From NCBI RefSeq assembly GCF_009914755.1, contig NC_060926.1: 64,000 nt of DNA; one strand, given 5' to 3'. This DNA is from the human T2T-CHM13v2.0 reference genome, Homo sapiens. Numbering within the stretch: the first letter of the stretch is position 1; each line of letters opens with the position of its first letter. Made by a program: the position numbers and the translations under genes. Positions 42,693 to 60,820 of the stretch are shown here, one piece after another. Under the pieces are notes generated by a model. The model was not told where the DNA came from. It did not search any database and saw only the letters and a program-made list of their open reading frames with translations.

Positions 42693-43509
42693 CTGCATCT
42701 ATGCCTTTCTAACTCCACCCACCACACCTCATTCTGCTGCGGCCGCACCCCAGATGCCAGGAGAAGGTCACACTGCCCCTTCCCCAGAGTCGTCTTTCCT
42801 TTCCTGTTTTTTTTGTAACATTTCTTACATTCTGTGGTTGTCACAGGTAACTGAACATAACCTGATTTGTCAATGTCCTTCTTTGAGCTGGCCAGGAAAA
42901 GCAGGTGAGGCTGGATTCTCCCTGGACCTGGACGTGGTGCTTCTGTTAATGCAGCCTCAGGTTGCAGTGTTTTATGGTGCAATAGCTCCTAGGCTGCTAA
43001 AGCTCAGGTAGGGGCGGCTAAGATGGGTCTCAGGCACTTTTTCAAACCCAGGCACGAGGTCCTGCTCTTCACTCTCCACTCCTGCTCAGCACTTTCTCCT
43101 TGCTTTTTCCTTCTCCAACTGTCAAGGCTAAGAATCAATAAGAAAATGAAGAGACATGTGACAGAACCCCTCATGCCTCCTACCTTCTGTTTGGTGCCTG
43201 ACTTGAAGCCAGGGATCCCTGCGGTTCAACCCGCGGTAGAAATGAACACGTGCTAGTTCAGCTTGGGAGTGGGCTGGGAGAGGGGCCTGAGGCACCTGCA
43301 GCCTGGCTCTGGGTGCCCTGGGCGCTTCCTAGCCTCTCTAGGACTCTCCACACCTACAACGTCGGGCAAATGAGGATCTCAGGTGCAAAAGGAGGATGTA
43401 CAAATTTTCTCCTTCTGGTTTCTGTTCCACGGAGCACTGATGTCTTTGCTGTAGATGGGCTTTCGCACGTTTATGTCACAGGAGCCGTTTGTTATCTTTA
43501 ACCTGGGAC

Positions 43510-43515
43510 TTTATT
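43510..43515 (-). terminator. CD8B: AATAAA poly(A) signal for the CD8B M1/M2 3' UTR
   Basis: tttatt on the + strand ~700 nt downstream of the M1 stop. Use of the site is inferred. Confidence 0.7.
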
Positions 43516-44162
43516 TGTACAACTAAGACATTTGTATAAAACAAACAGAAAATGAAAGAAGCATTAAGCCATGGGAGAGTAGAAATGGGAGCTGAGAAAC
43601 TTAAGAGTAGAAATGGGAGCTGAGAAGATGAAGTGAACTCCTATCCTCAAACCCGCAAGTTCCCGGCCCCAAAGGAAGCCCTCAGAGACTGATATGCCTT
43701 CTGGGAACTGGACAGCCCCTCTCAGCAAGCCTCATTCCCAACCTGCACCTGGCCTCTCTGCGAGGAAGGTCAGCCCCAGCCTGGGAAGACCAAGAGGGAG
43801 CCAGCCCAGCATCACCCCATGAAAGACCCAGGACCCAATGTTACTGCCCTACCAGGGCAAAGCAACCTGCAAAGATGGTGGCTAAATGGCCACCACTAAA
43901 GGTCCCAGTTCAGGGAAAGCACAGGAGCCGGAAGCGGTGGCATGGGCAGCATTTCTTACTCAGTCCTCCAGCACACTCTGTGAAGTGCCCTGGGGGCAAT
44001 GAAACCTTCTCCCTAGTATTCCCGATGACCCACGAACAAGTTGCTCCCATGCACATCACACACAGAAAGGCCTTGCAGCAGTGAAAAGCAGGCAGCTTCA
44101 GCAGCCATTGAACTCTCCAGGGTTGAATGTGTCCCTTCTCTCATTTTTCCACATCGTGCTCG

Positions 44163-44283
44163 TTACTGACCGATGTCTTTTTGTAGCAGGACACCAAAAC
44201 CGTATTCTCTGCTCATTTGTAAAATCTGAAAACAACAGCAAGTTGTGAAACCACTTATTTTCAGGCAAACGATATTGAATTTC
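44163..44283 (-). CDS. CD8B: CD8B M2 tail from an alternative acceptor 58 nt upstream (KFNIVCLKISGFTTCCCFQILQMSREYGFGVLLQKDIGQ)
   Basis: Acceptor ttacag|GAAATTC, open to TAA at 44163. Total 741 nt = 246 aa. Tail recognised as a known isoform. Confidence 0.88.
44213..44225 (-). CDS. CD8B: CD8B terminal coding segment, M1 isoform (tail QFYK-stop)
   Basis: Acceptor ttttcag|ATTTTACAAATGA. Exon sum 43+360+90+90+37+13 = 633 nt = 210 aa plus stop, the canonical CD8B length. Confidence 0.95.
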
Positions 44284-44998
44284 CTGTAACAGAGACAAAT
44301 GGCAAATGAGAATGCAGAGTTCTACTCCAAGTAGCCTGGGGCCGAGAGTTTTTTGTTAGTATGTTTCTAGGGCCCATCTTAGTCATTAAAAAGATTGTTA
44401 AGGCTAAAAAACAAAACAAAACAAAACTGCAGCTCAAAGAACGGTAGCTTTGAATTGGGTTACTTCCTGTAGTACCTCTAAGATAATCTAAGAGAATCAC
44501 AAATTTATATCAAGGGGCCAGAAGAAATTAGCCTGCAGATGGGATGATTTTCTAAGGACAGTTAGAGGCTGGGGAACAACTACCTCAAATCGCAACTCAG
44601 ATCTGTGAGCACCACAGGCTATTTCCTCCATGCCTGGATCATGAGAGCAAAACCAGAGGTGGTTTTCAAGCTTTTTTGAAGCCACAAACCCTTTTGTTCA
44701 AATGACATGTTACAGGTAAGTGTAAACCCAGACAATAGAAGAGAGTACGTCTGTTCAAAATGAAGAGAGTGAGGAGGTCTCAGGGTCCCCCCACGACCAC
44801 CCAGAGCCCCTTCCCTGCCTCAAGCTGATCCTGGGCTTGCAAAAGCATGAGGTCCTGCATCCAGCCTCCCCAAAACTGGCATCAGATCACTGGGGAGCAA
44901 GTTAAAATGAAGGGGTGGGGACAGACCCAGACCACAGTTAGTACCAGAGAGGGACTTACTTTCCATGAAAGGTCATCATGGGAGACATTTTGAAAGGA

Positions 44999-45302
<304 letters not shown>

Positions 45303-46522
45303 TTGAATGGAACTTTCTAGAGGTCTGGCCTGAGACAGCTACACTCAAGTTATTATCTCTTGGGTAGGGGGCAGCTTCTAAATCCAACACACAAGGTGAA
45401 AATTGTACACAATTAAAATATCATTGAAAATTGCCCATAAAATCCAGCAGGCATGTTTAAGCCACTCTCGATATAAATATAATGTGTACAACAATGCAGA
45501 GCATATAGTAATATGAATTTATATGGCTATTTACAATTTTAGAGTATTCAAAAATACATTTTGTTTGTCCATTGCTGCACTTGCAGAGTGGAATTTACTG
45601 AAGTGACTTGAGCTTGTGCTCTGACTCCGGGGTCCTGGGGCCACATGCTTTAAGGATAATACCCCAGTGAGTCCTCACACTGACTGTGAGATTGGCACTG
45701 TTAGCTCATTTAACAGACGAGAAATCCGAGACTTGGAGACGTGAAGTGACTTGCTGGCTGTCACATGGTGATTGGCAGACGGGATTCAAACCCAGCCCTG
45801 TCTCCACCTAAAGCTGGAGCTTTTGAGCAGGAGAACCTGTTGCCCTCTTCAATTTAGAGTTGTGTACTTTTGCTCCCCCAAACATTTCTGTATAGAGGGG
45901 GTTGTTCTAAGGATCAAATGTAATTAACTGGATAGGCAGATGTGAAACAGTCTCTGTTGTGAGGAACAAAAATCAAATGCAGGAATGCTGCCCTGGCCCA
46001 GGATGGCTTCCAACAGCCTCATGAAAGACCCAGGACCTAATGTCACTGCCCTACCAGGGCAAAGCAACTTGCAAAGGTGGTGACTAAATGGCCACCACTA
46101 AAGGTCCCAGCCCAGCCCAGGGTAAGTACAGGCTCTTTCTCAGCTTAGTGGGCCCCAAGAGTGCTATGTGACTCTGTCAACTCCTGGGACCCAGATGGGG
46201 TCGAGGGCAGCAGGTGGGACAAAGGCAGCTCCTAGGGAAGGAAAGCAATGGCTGGTAGAAGAGGCTGGTCTTCAAATCCGATTCCAGTAGTCTCTCCACT
46301 GATCTGTCAAATGAGGGTGATAACCCCTTATCTCACACAGTACCAAGGGGATGAAATAATAGGTGGGATGAAATAACGGATGGGATGAGTTTGGGATACT
46401 CTGCGGTATTCTGTGCATGCAAAGCCTGATTGCTCTCCTCAGGAGAGCTAAGAATGTTCTTGAAATACATTTAACTTACTGGTCAGGTTTTTGTTTGTTT
46501 AGGTTATCTCTTAGGTTCCTGA

Positions 46523-46720
<198 letters not shown>

Positions 46721-46827
46721 TGATCTTTGGAAGATGAGGTCTGACTTTGGCTCCTCGCTGCAGTTAGAGGCTGCAAGCTGCAGCAGGGGCTGAGGAACCC
46801 AAGGCCACACCCAGGTTATACACTTAC

Positions 46828-46864
46828 TGTTTCATGAAACGAAGCCGGGCTCTCCTCCGCCGGC
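46828..46864 (-). CDS. CD8B: CD8B exon 5, juxtamembrane cytoplasmic segment
   Basis: Acceptor ttccag|GCC, donor CA|GTAAGT, 37 nt. Encodes CRRRRARLRFMK(Q). Confidence 0.96.
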
Positions 46865-46999
46865 CTGGAAGAGGAAAGCAAGGGCGCCAGTCAGTGTGGG
46901 CTGTGGGTCACTGCGCTGAGCCCCAGAGGCCAAGGAGGATTGTCACAGGGGCAGCTGACACCTCAGCCCACCTCCCTGGTCCCAGACCCTGGCCCAAAC

Positions 47000-47195
47000 A
47001 CTTTACACATTTTAATCCCCTTAATGCTCACTGAAAACCTGAGTTGGATACTACTTTTAAGATCTCCATTTTATATGTGGGAAACTGAGACACAGAGTGA
47101 GTGAATTACTGGATAACATGCCCAAAGTCATGCAGCTAGTAAGTGGGAAAGCCAGAATTCAAACTCAATTAGTCAGCTGCAGAGTCTGTGTCCTT
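47000..47195 (-). mobile_element. MIR
   Basis: CCATTTTATA.GTGGGAAACTGAGACACAGAG...GCCCAAAGTCATGCAGCTAGTAAGTGG core. Similar MIRs lie near 22750, 45660, 52410, 57320, 60840 and 62380. Confidence 0.75.
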
Positions 47196-47371
47196 AAACA
47201 CACCTGCTTGCCCTTCACAGCAGGTCAGACATGAAAGGTCCCAGAGACAGGCAGTCTCAGGCTAGGGCAATTGCATTCAGAGGGTGAGCGAGATTTCCCA
47301 CTGGGAGTTAGGAAGAAAATAAAAGCATGTCTATTGACATTTGTATTTCAGCCTTTATTACTTTTGATTTT

Positions 47372-47490
47372 CATTTATTTTTTTAGGAATGGGGTCTTAT
47401 TATGTTGTCTAGGCTAGACTTGAACTCCTGGGCTCAAGTGATCCTCCCTCCTCAGCCTCTCGAGTACGGGCACTTGCCACTACACCCAAC
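47372..47490 (-). mobile_element. Alu monomer (FLAM-like)
   Basis: Single reverse monomer. Confidence 0.8.
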
Positions 47491-48449
47491 TTACTTTTCA
47501 TTTTGAAGCACATTTAATAACATACATAAAATATTAAATAAGTAAATACAGCCAACTGCTGCATTTACTTTATAATATTCAATTAGCTGTATTCGCTTAT
47601 TTAATATTTTATGCATGTTATTAAATGTGTTTCAAAATATTTTACCAATGAGTTCCTTCCTTGATCGAGAGAGTTTGCAAACCACTGAAATTTATGGGTT
47701 TCTTAGAATGGGGTACATGGGCCCCTCTGTGGGGAACAATTGTAGGCAAAAGTATGCTCCTGGGTGCATTTCTGTGGGGAGAGGTCCGTTATTTTCATCG
47801 TATGTTCAAAGGGGTCTGTGACCTACAAAAGTTAAGAGCCACTGATCTAGTTCATGCCCTTGCTGTCCCACCTGCCCATTTCATAGATGCGCAGAGAGGG
47901 GAAGGGGCTTGCTCGAGGTGGCACAGGTGAGCAGAAGAACCGGGGTAGAGTCTGGGCTCTGGGCTCTAGGGCAGCCATGCAGGCCTCCCCTCTGGCTCCC
48001 CGTCTTTCTTGTGAACCCAGTGCTGTGCAGAGCTTGGGGTGGGGGCCATAGAAGGAGACAGTCCCGTCTCTGGGGTGGCTGGGAGCAGCAGTCATTTCTG
48101 TTTCCCACAGCCTCATCAATATCGGTGTCGTGGAGAGGATTTCTAGCTTCTAGGAACACAACACAAACCCCATAGGCAAACTTTTCTGGACACTGGGCTT
48201 TGGTCTCAACTGCTCACGTGAGTTCCCACTCACTGACACGTGCCGGGTGCCAGGCATTTGGGGTAGGAATTTACAAACAGCAACTCTGGGAGGTAGCTAA
48301 TGTCCTACCCCCATCTGAGGCAGCCGAGGCTCAGAGAGACCGGGGCACTGGATCAGGAAACAGCCACGTTGCACTCAAACCCAGGTTTGCCTGACTCCAG
48401 GGACAGGGTAGTCTTTGGTTTTGGCTGCGTAGCCCCAGGCCAAGAACTA

Positions 48450-49772
<1,323 letters not shown>

Positions 49773-50424
49773 TAAATACATATAGTTTTAAAAAATATAT
49801 AGAGTGGATTATACTGTACAAATTGTTCTTTTGTACCTTTATTTTTTCAACGTGCCTTTTTTCCTTCACTTAGTCAATGTGTTCTTTCTTCCAGCAGAGT
49901 AACATCTGACAGCATGGATGTACCATGAGTTACTTGTCATCAGTGGGCCTTTTGATTGTTTCCTGTGTTTTACTTTTACAAATAACTCTGCAGAAAACAA
50001 CCTGTATATTTCCTTACAAAGGCACCTTCCTGAGGTAAATACTGAGAACGGGAACTACTAAACCACAGACTTTGCCCATTTTAAATTGTGACAGATGCTG
50101 TCAAATGCCTCCCTAAAAGGCGGCACTGACTTCCGTCCCCACCCACCAATAGTGCACCTTGCTGACCCTTGATATCATCAAAATGTTTTAGTTTTTGCCA
50201 GTCAAGTGGGGAAAAATGTTATTTCACTTAAATTCCCTAATTTCTTATAAGCTTTGGCCTATTTTCATATATTGGGAACTTGTATGATTTTTCTTCTACG
50301 AGTTGACTATCTGTTCCTTTGTCCATTTTGTGTGCTATTTAAACAGCAGACTTTACACTATCAATGTCCCAAATCCTCCTCTGACACCCTTCAGGCCCCT
50401 GTGGCTGGTCCCTTGAGTAGCTGA

Positions 50425-51920
<1,496 letters not shown>

Positions 51921-52653
51921 TCAACTAAGTTTTTAAAAACTGTAATGGAGGTGGGTGCAGGTCACAGGGATGTACAGGGCGGCACGGCTCCTTCCTGAGG
52001 AGAGGTCATGGTTAAGACCACTGTGGAGGCCAGCAATGTAGCTACAGGTCTCCTCTGGAGCACTGTCTCCCATCCAAAATTTGACTCTCCGGGAAAAGCT
52101 GCTGCTGCAAATAACGTGCTTGGGTAAGGGGCCATTTGCCAGAGCCACACCAACGACACCCCCAGCCCAGCCTTCCTCATCTTACCGGGGCCTCAGGGTC
52201 TCCTGAGCTCTGGATCTGCACTCTGCTCCTGAGTCTATGGTTTAGAAATGGTCCCCCAGCACCTAAGGGTGTTGTCTTAGGAACAGACCTAAGCCTCAAG
52301 GGGCAGTGCCTTCTCAGTGACCCCATGGGTTTCATTCATGATAACAGGCTTTGAGGTCTGTGTGGACGCCCCACAAGCTCTGAGTGCCTGGTGTATAATA
52401 GCATCTCATTTAGCCCTGCATCCCCCATTTTACAGACAAGGAAACTGAGGTTCATAGAGGCTGAATCACCTATTCAGTGTCTCATAGTACAGGCAGTGGT
52501 AGACAGAGATTCAGACCTAGGCCTGACTGACTTGCCACTAGGCTACACTGACCCAGGGCCACTCTCCTCAGTGTAACCTCCACCTACTTTCCCCACACCC
52601 ATCCCCAGCCTTACTCCACTAGGTCACCTTCACACACATCCGGGTTATTCTTA

Positions 52654-53040
<387 letters not shown>

Positions 53041-53896
53041 TTATGCAAGAAATCTGAAGACCTTTGTTTTTGCCATCATTTATAAAAGTATGACTGAGTT
53101 TGCCGTCATTCAGCTGTCCTTACATGAAGATGAATGGGCAGATTGCTTCTCGAATTTAGTGCTAGGATGAAGGTTTCTTCTTTTGGTGGCAGGTTGTTTC
53201 TTTCTATCACTGGGGTTGGGGTGCCATACAACTTGGGGTCTTCCCTTTGTTTAAACTGATGTTGCCGGGTTCTCCACAGCCGTAGCACACAACCGGTTCT
53301 TGCGCCCTCATCTTAGTGGCTCTATTGTATTTGCCTTTTATATCCTTTTTATGGTAGTCTGCCTGAAATCGTTTAGGTGAAGGGGTCAGGGCATGGGACT
53401 TTATAAAATAAGGTTACTCTTAAGCTCCTTAAGACTTTACTCTTCTGTACATTGGTTCTGATTTTCTTTTTACTGTGACCTCATGTGACGGCAGCTTCCC
53501 ACCCTGGTCTCCCAGATCCTATTCAGTGCCGTCCTCAATAATTTCTGGTGCTTAAAATATTTAAGACAAAGCAAACTGAGCAGTGCGAGGCAGTGCTCCA
53601 GGGGCTGCTTGTGGTTTGTTTTCTGGGTAGCAGCAGATGGCACTTTCTGTTTGTCACCAGTGACTTTTGCTGGGCTGAGGTCAGTATTTTTCCAGAAACA
53701 CGTTTGGGCTGATGGGTTTAAGGAAAACGTGTGCATGGGCATGTGTGTCTGTGTGTGTGTGTATGTGGCATACACTCCAGCTGAGGTGTCTGGTGTAGCA
53801 TAGAGAAGCAAATGTGTTCATTTGCAAACAAACATGTATTCATGAACTAGCACATACTGTGTATTAGGTCCTCTGTTAGGTATTAAAACTGGAAAC

Positions 53897-54184
53897 TTTT
53901 TTTTGAGACAGGGTCTGGCTCTATCACCCAGGCTGGAGTGCAGTGGCAGGATCTCAGCTCACTTCAATCTCCACCTCCCAGGCTCAAGGCATCCACCTCA
54001 GCCTCCTGAGTAGCTGGGACTACAGGCATGTGCCACCACGCCCAGCTAATTTTTTTACATTTTCGTAGAGACAGAGTTTCACCGTGTTGCCCAGGCTGGT
54101 CTCTAACTCCTGAGCTCAAGGCGATCCACCCATCTGGGCCTCCCAAAGTGCTGGGATTACAGGTGTGAGCCACCACATCTGGCC
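53897..54184 (-). mobile_element. AluJ
   Basis: Reverse Alu. TSD aaaactggaaa. Confidence 0.92.
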
Positions 54185-54221
54185 AAAACTGGAAAAGTTT
54201 AAAGTGCTGGTCCTTTGAGTG

Positions 54222-54690
54222 GATTTTTTGTTTGTTAACAGCTTTATTGAGTTATAATTTACGTATAAAGTCCCCTTGTTTAAAGTGTACAATGTCATGG
54301 TTTTTAGTGTATTCATGGAGTTGTGCAACCATTATCATAATGTAATTTCAGAACATTTAAATTCCCCTAAAAAGAAACCTTATACCCATTAGGAATCACT
54401 CCCCATTTCTTTCCCAAGCCCCCAGCCTTAGGCAGCAACCAATCTACATTCTGTCTCTACAGAGGATCATATGCTGGATATTCCATAATCATGGAATCAT
54501 ATAGTATATGGATTTTTGTGACTGGCTCCTTTCATTTTATTCTTTATTATGGCCAAACAATATTCCACGATAATAAATAAGCCACATTTTGTTAATCAGC
54601 TCATTAGCTGGTGGATGTTTGGGTAGTTTCTGCTTTTGGCTAGTATGAATAATGAAGCTATGGACATTTGTGTGCAGGGGTGTGGGTGGA
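54222..54690 (-). mobile_element. L1MB-like 3' end
   Basis: AACAGCTTTATTGAG.TATAATTTAC.TA...TTAAAGTGTACAAT...GTTGTGCAACCAT motif. Confidence 0.8.
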
Positions 54691-54786
54691 GATCTCCTCC
54701 ATTAAGCTTTGTCCAGTAACAATTTATGAGTCTGTCTCCCACGAGACTGTGAGTTGCTGGCACACTCAGCATCCTTTCTGACCCTA

Positions 54787-55056
<270 letters not shown>

Positions 55057-55079
55057 TCAAAGACAAAACTTTGTCTTAT

Positions 55080-55388
55080 GGCGGGTGCGGTGGCTCATGC
55101 CTGGAATCCCAACACTTCCGGAGGCCAAGGCAGGAGATCATTTGAGCTCAGGAGGTTGAGACCAGCCTGGGCAACATGGTGAAACCCCCTCTCTACAAAA
55201 AATAAAAAGTTTAGCCAGGCGTGGTGGCATATGCCTACAGTCCCAGCTACCCAGGAGGCTGAGGTGAGAGGATCACCTGAGCTTGGGAAGTCAAGGCTGA
55301 AGTGAGCCATGATCATGCAACTGCACTCTGGCCTGGACGACAGAGCAAGACCCTGTCTCAAGAGCAAATAAATGAACAAATGAACAAA
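55080..55388 (+). mobile_element. AluJ ~75 bp from CD8B exon 3
   Basis: AluJ consensus. TSD acaaaactttgtctta/acaaaatttgtctta. Confidence 0.92.
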
Positions 55389-55515
55389 ATTTGTCTTACA
55401 TCCAAGTACTGAAGTCCTTATGACTGTTCCCCAGGCTGCTACAGGGCTTGAAGGTCACAGAGCAATAGAATGTTTGATCTGCTTTCTGAATTCTCAGATG
55501 TTGGGAAAGGGGTGA

Positions 55516-55958
<443 letters not shown>

Positions 55959-56756
55959 GACCTACACCCCTGATTAACCGCTGTGTGACTTGGGACAAGT
56001 CATAGCATTTTTCTGTGCCTTGATTTCCTTATCTGCTGAAATAATGATAACTGCCACCTCCTTCTTGGGATTATCTGAGAATGAAAGGGACAGTGTGTCC
56101 AAAAAAAGTTTCAGTAGATGTGGCTCCACCTGGCTGAAGACCTTGAGCCCCAGGGCTGGATCGCCCAGCCTTTGGCACAACGAGCCCCTCCGCCCAACTC
56201 GGCATTCCCTAAGCACATGGAGGAAGCTCATGGAAGGAGGGGGTGCCCTTTTCTGCATGTAGAGTACCACACAGGTGTCATATTTGGGGATTGGTTTTCC
56301 TTCTCAGATGGCCCTAAAATATATATATAATACCAGAGCTAAGGGAAGTTCAGTCTCAAACTTTAATTTCAAAGGTGAACGCCAGAGATGAGGGGAGCTG
56401 GCCCCTGCAGCCCCAAGTGGTGAGTGCTGTGTTGGGACCCCAAACCCCTGTCCTGACTCCTGGATGGGTCACCCCTCTCCTTCATTTTTACCCAGTGACC
56501 CCTGCTGAAGTGTTGGGAGGGGCAGTGGGCCAGCACCCAGAGCAAAGGAAGACAGCTGTGGCTCTGATGCCTACTGGGGATGAAGGGGGCACTGCTGGCC
56601 ACAGAGTCCAACCCTTGCCTTTGTGGGTTAAGGAAACAGATCTCTCTGCACTGATTTTCTCCAAAATGGTAGGAGAGGGAGTAAGGAGACACCATGAACC
56701 TAAACTCTAGAGTCAGGGGGACAGAAAAAAAAAAAAGAAAAGAAAAGAAATATTAA

Positions 56757-57046
56757 GGCTGGGCGCGGTGACTCACGCCTGTAATCCCAGCACTTTGGGA
56801 GGCCGAGGCAGGCAGATCACCTGAGGTCAGGAGTCCAAGACCAGCCTGGCCAACATGGCAAAACCCTGTGCCTACTAAAAATACAAAAATTAGTTGGGCG
56901 TGGTGGCACGTGCCTGTAATCCCAGCTACTCAGGAGGCTGAGGCAGCAGAGTCGTTTGAACCTGTGAGGCAGAGGTTGCAGTCAGCCAAGATCCTGCCAC
57001 TAAACTCCAGCCTGGGTGACAGTGACTCCGTCTCAAAAAAAAAAAA
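56757..57046 (+). mobile_element. AluS
   Basis: Alu consensus. Confidence 0.95.
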
Positions 57047-58654
57047 GGTTTTGGGGGGTTGTAAGGGGGAACAGGCAGGGGAAGCCCACAGATCAGTCAT
57101 TTTTGGGCTGGCATCTTCTATATAAAAGTAGACATTTTAACCCCTCACCTCTCTGAGCCTCCTCTGGAAAGCGGAGAGAACACGATCTGTTTGTCTGCTT
57201 CAAGACATTGATGGGAAGAAGCAACTAGGATGAAAGTGCACTAAGCTCCAACCATGTGTGGGGAGCAGTGCTGAGCCTTTCAGCATAAGTTTACTGGACA
57301 CAACAACTTTTGGGGCAGGCACTGTTGTCCCCATTTTATCCAGGAGGAAGCCTAGGCTCAGAGAGCTGAAATAATGTGTCCAAAGTTAGACAGCCACTGG
57401 CTGCAGAGCCAGTATCTGCACCAAAAGACCTTGATTCTAGAACCTGTGCTTCTCGTTCTGCCACACTACCTCACGTGCAAAGATTTTCTGACAAAAGTTG
57501 AACACTTTAGGTCCACCCAAGGCCCTGGGTCATCATAGTGCTGAGGGCAACTATTGTAAGAGGAAACTGTCATCAGCAGGGTCGGAGAGCGTGCAACGAG
57601 CCTGGCCCTCTCCTGGGAGTGTTGCCTCCTTCAATCCTCATGGCCCTAGAAGTAGTTCTGTTTGACTTATTTTCTACCCGAGGAAGCAGGGACGTCTTTC
57701 AGATGGTCAGTGGTGAGCCCAGAGGGGAGCCAACTCTTTGGGCCCTCAGTGCCTTGGCTGGGCACCGCCGCCTGGGTCTAGTGGGAGACTCAGGTTGGGG
57801 GACTGTTCTGTTTTAAATTCTTCTTGCCTAGAGCCAGGTCCCCCTGGATTCCTCCTGAGCACCCAGTTTAATCTCTCCCTCTCTGTTCTTAAAAGGAATA
57901 AAACTTCGAGCCCATGATATACTTAAGGGCCTGAAAAAGGCCCTGTCTTTCCCCAAACACTTTCTCAACCATCCCAGCTTTGTCCTCTAAAAGGCCTTTC
58001 TTGGGTGAGAAGGTGGGGTTCGGCTCCGAAGAAGGTCTGGTTGCAAGCCCTGGGGAGAAGCAGGTTTGGCTGCAAGCCAGAGCTGGAGAGAGGCATTGAC
58101 ATTCCTATAGTGCTGGGAGGGGTTTGGGGTTTGGAAACACGGAAGTCAGGAGTGAGTGCGGTTGGGATGGAGGCGGTGGGAAGCTCTGGAAACTAGCTGT
58201 GTTTATTGTACCCTCCACCTTCTCAGACTCTGAAATCTCATGAGTGGAAAGGTGTGGGGCTTACAGAGACAAAAACAATAAGCTAAAGCCAAACCCCAAA
58301 CCCCAAACCCCAAACTCCCAAAGTCCATTTTTCAATACGAAAATCAGTGGACCCCCACGTGAAGGGATGCCTCAGCTTCTTGCCTGCAATACACCCTCCC
58401 AGGCTAGCAAGAGGTGGCGGGGCATCACTTTGGTTTGTGTCTTCCTAATTGTGCTGCTGTCCCCAGCTGCCCCTGCACTTCCTCACGCTGAGTGGTCTAA
58501 TTTCTGGGTCCCCTTGTGGCTTTTAGTGCCCTCAAGTGAGCAGGAAGCAGGGCAGTGGGAGCCCTGGAGGGGGTTGGCTCCAGCCTTGGGCCAAGCTGGA
58601 GGTGGGGCTAGAGCCAGAGCCAGGCTGTGAGAGTTACCACCCATAACTAAATGC

Positions 58655-58950
58655 CTTCTGTCCAATATGCCACAGTTGCTGCTGAGCACATGAAATGTGG
58701 CCAGTCTGAATCGAGATGAGCCATATGTTTTATGTAAAATGCTCATCGAACACTTAGTATGAAAAATGAATGTAAAATATTTCAGCAATACTTTTTATAT
58801 TGATTACATGTTGAGATGAAAATATAGTTAATAAATTGAGTTAAATATAACATTATTTAAATTAATTTTACTTGCTTCTTTTTGCTTTTTTAAACAAGAC
58901 TTTAAAAATTTAGAATTTCATCTGTGGCTTGAAATGTGCGTCTGCTGGAC
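58655..58950 (+). mobile_element. MER33/MER3-like hAT-Charlie element
   Basis: TGTCCAATA start, TGAGCAC.TGAAATGTGGC.AGT motif, AT-rich core with TATTGATTACATGTTGA, TGGAC end. Confidence 0.75.
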
Positions 58951-59254
58951 TTGCTGACTTAAGTCAGAGGTCTGCAGCTTCTCTGGGATTAAGTGGGTCA
59001 TGGAGGCCATCAGCACCCCCGTGTGACACAGAAGAGAACACTGAGGCCCAGGGGAGAAAGCATGGCAAGTTTGCAAGCAGAGCTGGGCCTGGCTCAGTCT
59101 CCTTACTAACTTCGACTCAGGTATGAATTCGAGCTGTAGGCCCTCACAGAGAACATAAGGGCACCTGCCCCTAGAAATGCCCTCACTGGGTATATCAGGG
59201 CAGTGAGGGCCTCCTTTCCCTGTGTGCACACTCTGGGGATTTCTAACACCACTA

Positions 59255-59720
<466 letters not shown>

Positions 59721-59948
59721 TTATTCCCACCTAAAGTGGTTAGGTAATAGACCTACCTTCCAGGGTGGTTGGCAGCATTAAGCAAGCTAACTATGTAAAC
59801 ACTTGGAGGGGCTTGGCCTGGGTAAGTCTCCACATGTTCTTTCTGTTACTATTAGCAGCAGTGCCATTAGTCACGGCTGCAGAGTGGGGCACACTGAAGC
59901 CTGGTGGTCCCAGTGCCTGGCACGTGCCTGGCACACAATCGGTGCTCA

Positions 59949-60359
<411 letters not shown>

Positions 60360-60659
60360 TCACACATTTTCCTAGCCACAGCTGTGGGACCTTGCAGTCA
60401 CACTGAGTCAAGTGTCAAAGGAAAAGCCATGGAAGGACCTGCCCAGTTACTGGGTCCAGGGAGTGTGTTGAGCGCAGCTGTTGGCTCCTGGACTCAGAGT
60501 TCACATACCCCACCTCCCAGGAGATCATCTGGAAGGGAGGTGTTTGCTAAGTTCAGCTTTACAAAGGTACAGGGGAGAGAGCTGCCATTTGTTTATTGTG
60601 TACTTATATGCCTGGCCCTTGCATAAAGGAACTCAATCAAGCCTCAAACTGGCTTTGGA

Positions 60660-60820
60660 ATTTTTTAAAAGACATGGGGTCTTGTTATGTTGCCCAGGTT
60701 GGAGTGGAGTGGCTACTCACAGGCACTATCATAGTACACTTCAGCCTTGACCTCCTGGGCTCAATCTATCTTCCCACCTCAGCCTCCCAAGTAGCTGAGA
60801 GTATAGGCATGTACCACCAC
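60660..60820 (-). mobile_element. FAM/7SL-derived monomer
   Basis: GTGGCTACTCACAGGCACTATCATAGTACACT is a 7SL-like segment typical of FAM. Confidence 0.8.

Noticed and set aside
47230-47244. CATGAAAGGTCCCAG as a third, collapsed copy of the 91-bp repeat
   Set aside because: Only 15 nt in two short matches; compatible with chance.
60660-60820. 7SL RNA gene
   Set aside because: Short, diverged monomer lacking most of the S domain; best read as a FAM fossil.
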